From assembly GCA_973895155.1 (NCBI GenBank), contig OZ316892.1:23289168-23353167 (forward strand): a stretch of DNA of 64,000 bases, in the 5' to 3' direction. Of this stretch, positions 60,369 to 64,000 are shown piece by piece. The position numbers were made by a program, and so were the translations under genes. The notes below the pieces were generated by a model. It made no database searches and was not told where the DNA came from. It was given only the letters and a program-made list of their open reading frames with translations. Positions within the stretch are counted from its first letter, which is position 1. Each line of letters opens with the position of its first letter. The stretch is from Marsupella aquatica. Lineage: Eukaryota; Plantae; Marchantiophyta.

Positions 60369-61094
60369 AAGGGGTCAATCATAAAGGCTGAACCATGGGT
60401 TGGTCACAAAGGCTGAACCATTACACAACTTCAAGATGTGTTAAGTAAATGGTTGTATTTGCGTTTGATTTTGCGGATGAAAGTCATGTTTCACATATGA
60501 CTTATGACATTTTTCAAGTATTCCTGAAAAACCAGGAGTTATCTTGAATTAATTTCAAGTTCAAGTGATCAATCATCATGAAAAAGAATTCTTCTATCTT
60601 TGAGTACGGGTTCTTTGCATCAAAATATTTGTCAACTCATTCTCTACCAACATCTTTTGTGGTTCACTCGACTTTGGAACCAAATTGACTAATTAGAGAG
60701 TGACACCAAGTTGAACGCACATCTTGTAAAACTTGAAGCTTTCACCCCACTTTATTGTACTCTTTGATCTTTCAATTTTATATCTGACACTCAGCATACA
60801 AGCATGGTAATAATTCACAACCATGTAAACAATTAGCAGATAAATAGTATCTCATCATAGATTGCATTGTTGAAGGTATTATGTACCCAAATGCCTTGCC
60901 TATGCATAAACTATAGCTGGTTGAGGGGCAGATTATAAACTATTTTTGTGAAGAATGTATGCAGAGAAAAGAGCTTCGAAGCATTTCCAACTATTAAAGT
61001 AGCAAGTTTGAACTATTAAACTAGCAATTTTCTTTCACTCTATCCATATTTTGTTCTTTCTTTTCTAAGGTCCCTAGTAACTTAAAAGATGCTC

Positions 61095-61615
61095 TTATTT
61101 AGCCCCTTCAAAAGAGTAGTCACTCTTCCGGGTGAAGAATAAAAGTATTATTTTCTTAGCAATATTACTCCCCTCCTTTTTTAATCCTCCCATCTTATTT
61201 AGCCCCGGCCTTTAAAAGAGTCGTTGCTCTTCCAAGTGACCCATTTCCCCGCCCATTTCACCCAAAGAAAAGAAATAAAAAAGAATGGAATATATTCTTC
61301 CACACAAAAAGGTCCCTTAAAAAGAGTCGCCCCTATTATTGAGCCCCTTAGAAAGAGTGTCCCAGGTGAAGAATAAAATTTCTTAATCTCTTAACAATAA
61401 TACTCCCCTCCTTTTTTTTCCTCCCCTCTTGTTTAGCCGCTTTAAAAGTCTGAGTCGTCCCTCTTCCAGGTGACCCATTTCACCCCTGCCAAGAAAATAA
61501 ATAAAAAAGAATGGAATGCTCCCACAGAAAAAGGACCCTTAAAAAGGGTTGCCTCTCTTATTGAGCGCCTTGGAAAGGATGTCCCTGCAGGTAACCCATT
61601 TCATCCACATGAAAA
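61095..61615. repeat. Diverged ~235-bp tandem duplication built of internal sub-repeats
   Basis: ggtgaagaataaaa..tctta.caata.tactcccctcctttttt..ctcttcca.gtgacccatttc..aaataaaaaagaatggaat..ccaca.aaaaagg.cccttaaaaag occurs twice (~61130 and ~61365). Confidence 0.8.
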
Positions 61616-62314
61616 ATAAATTAAAATAGAGAGACTAAAAAAGAAACACATTGAAAGTTGGAGAGAATAAAGTATGAGGGAAATCAAAAAAGAAAGAGGA
61701 AAGCGCATTGGAAGTCTGAGAGAATAGAGTATGACTGTACGAGGGAGCCATTGCTGAAGTATACACTAAGAGGCCAATTCCATTGTGTTCATATGGGAGT
61801 TTGTAAACTTCCATATCAATACTAAAATAGTACATAAATCTCCAATCATAGTATTAATATATTCGGGCTACAAAATGATGTCAATGTGTTCTAAATGGGT
61901 AATGATACTTGAATTGATACCTAGCGCAGTGGGGAGATTCCCCTTACATCTAGCAAAATGTTACTCTTAAAAGTACTACTTGTGAAGAGATTTTAGGAAC
62001 TTTAGTTCTACCCTTTGCTTCTACCCCATTGCACTTCTACCCCGGCCTATGCACGTTTTCTTCCTTCTTTGTTACAATGATGGGAGCGGAATCATGGGAG
62101 ACACCTCAAAAAATGAGAGTATCACACATGATGGGAAGGCCGTAGATCTGGAAAACACAACACAACACAATAAAATGGTCTCCATATTAGTAGTCAATAG
62201 TCGATACTTCTAGATCTCCTTACCACAAGCAGGTACATGTCTTTTCTGCAATGAAACTTCTTCATCAAAGGCAGGTCCCAGAGGGGGCAAGCCTAGCTAT
62301 TCTAGTCATTAATT

Positions 62315-62318
<4 letters not shown>

Positions 62319-62357
<39 letters not shown>
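62319..62357. repeat. (AG)n microsatellite
   Basis: About 19 AG units; gives the SLSLSL text of ORFs 62265-62574. Confidence 0.95.
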
Positions 62358-62359
<2 letters not shown>

Positions 62360-64000
62360 ATTGATCCCACTTCACAAGATAAGCTAGGAATATTGATTCT
62401 CTTAACTGAGAATTCCCAAAGACAGAAGTGGGGATGGAAGTAAAGAGAAAAAGTACGTTTAATTTCAAGACATACAGAGATTGAAATGAAATCAAAGAAA
62501 CCAACAAGACCCTTGTGTACATGTGGTGTAAGAGCCGAGTGCTCAGGAAATAAAATTATGAGAGGCCAGGGCAAGGCTGTCTATAGCAGGACTTACTCTA
62601 GAGGAGTTTTCGATTAAACATACTAAATAGAATTGAAATGTGATAAAGATTCTAAGGAGTAATAGCTTTCAAACTAGAGGCAACTTACTGACAAGCTTCA
62701 TATATGAATAATTGCCATGGGCCACAAAAGGTGAAAATGGAGCGCTAGCTAGAAAGTGCGAAAACAAAGTAGAATGGCATGGAGGCAAGCGCTCGGATCC
62801 GATCCTTATAATTAACCGTTGCAGCAGCTGAAGAACATGCATGGAACGTGAGAGATGATCGAATATATATATGGATGTGGCATTGACAACAGACTACAAG
62901 ACTACTACTCTCCCTTAGAGAGTGACAGACTGTACGTTGACTTGATTGATGAAATTAATAGTATTGACCAAAGGTCGATACGTACACTGGCTCTGCATGC
63001 ACACACGATGCTTTGGCTGCAGCGGCAAAGTGCCCGTGTTGTTACAATCTCTTTCAGGAGGGCCTTCCCTAATCTGATGAAACTATACTAGCTTTAATTT
63101 GCTTTAATTCTTGGCTTCAATCTAATTTGTTCAATTGAATGTGATTAATTATACATACAGACTCCTCAATTATTCAACTGCTAGTTGTCTCTAAGAGAAT
63201 AATAAAGTTGCTATTGTGTATCCTAATATAACCTGCTAGTTTTCCATTATGCAACGCTTAGCTCAATCTCGTTGATCGGGCCTACTTAGGTCTTCTTGAT
63301 TGAACTAACTTCAAATAACCCAGCCAAATTAAAACATATTGAGATCACTCACTCGAGCAAATTTGATTAACAATTATGAGCCTAGAATTCACACTCACAA
63401 TGTCATTGAGTTTTCAGATCCATGGACCTACCAGGGCTGGCTTCCGAGGGACCTTGCATGTATATATCATGAAATAGATTAATCTTGGCACATATATTTA
63501 CATGGAAAACAGGTCTAGATAAGACCTTGGCCTACCTATGGCTACCTTGCTACGACCATCTAGAGTCATTCATACTATCTTATTTAGGGGATTTTTAGAA
63601 GAACGCTTTGGTAAGTTTCTCCCAGTTGATATAGAGCAGATATGGAATGAGCCCAAACAAATTCCAAGAAAGTGCGCTCTAAGACAATGAATGATCGAGC
63701 AATGAAATTTTGAAAACAACAATAAAATGGCAAAATTTTAGTTTTAACATTGTAAATTTATTTGTTCACTTGAAGGAAGGTTTACAACAATTATTAGGGG
63801 AAAACAAATAGATATACCAGCTATATATTTTCATATTAGCTGGGTGTATCTTCCTTGTTCTATATTCATTTCTCATACAGACACTGATAGTTTTCATAAA
63901 TCATGTATTTCCGGATTAATTCTGATAAATATTGTCGTCCCCATCACAGTTGTTTTTGGCAGTTTAATTTCATCTCAAAAACAATGTTATATCTACACAG

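Overview
Eukaryotic, intron-rich land-plant nuclear DNA, probably from a non-seed plant such as a bryophyte (inferred from gene set, intron style and composition, not established). Spliced genes reconstructed by hand: the 3' part of a TPR + J-domain co-chaperone (+), a mitochondrial ABCB/ATM3-type half-transporter (-), an intronless ERH (+), an atypical SHYCEK-motif glutathione S-transferase (-), eEF1A lysine methyltransferase EEF1AKMT1/N6AMT2 (+), an RNase T2 (-) and a strongly diverged cullin-1 paralogue (-). There are also two pseudogenes (a CNOT1/NOT1 5' fragment and a histone H1), Ty1/copia debris and many minisatellites. Most notable: (i) the 56-nt ATM3 exon carrying the Walker A lysine is tandemly duplicated, the second copy keeping both splice sites but encoding K->N; (ii) three decayed NOT1 exons run in frame directly into EEF1AKMT1, suggesting promoter/5'-leader capture; (iii) the cullin has an eroded SKP1-binding N-terminus and a U12-type first intron; (iv) the RNase T2 ends in KTEL and has a frameshift in its signal-peptide exon. 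No CRISPR array, rRNA or tRNA was seen. All calls come from reading the sequence; no searches were run.
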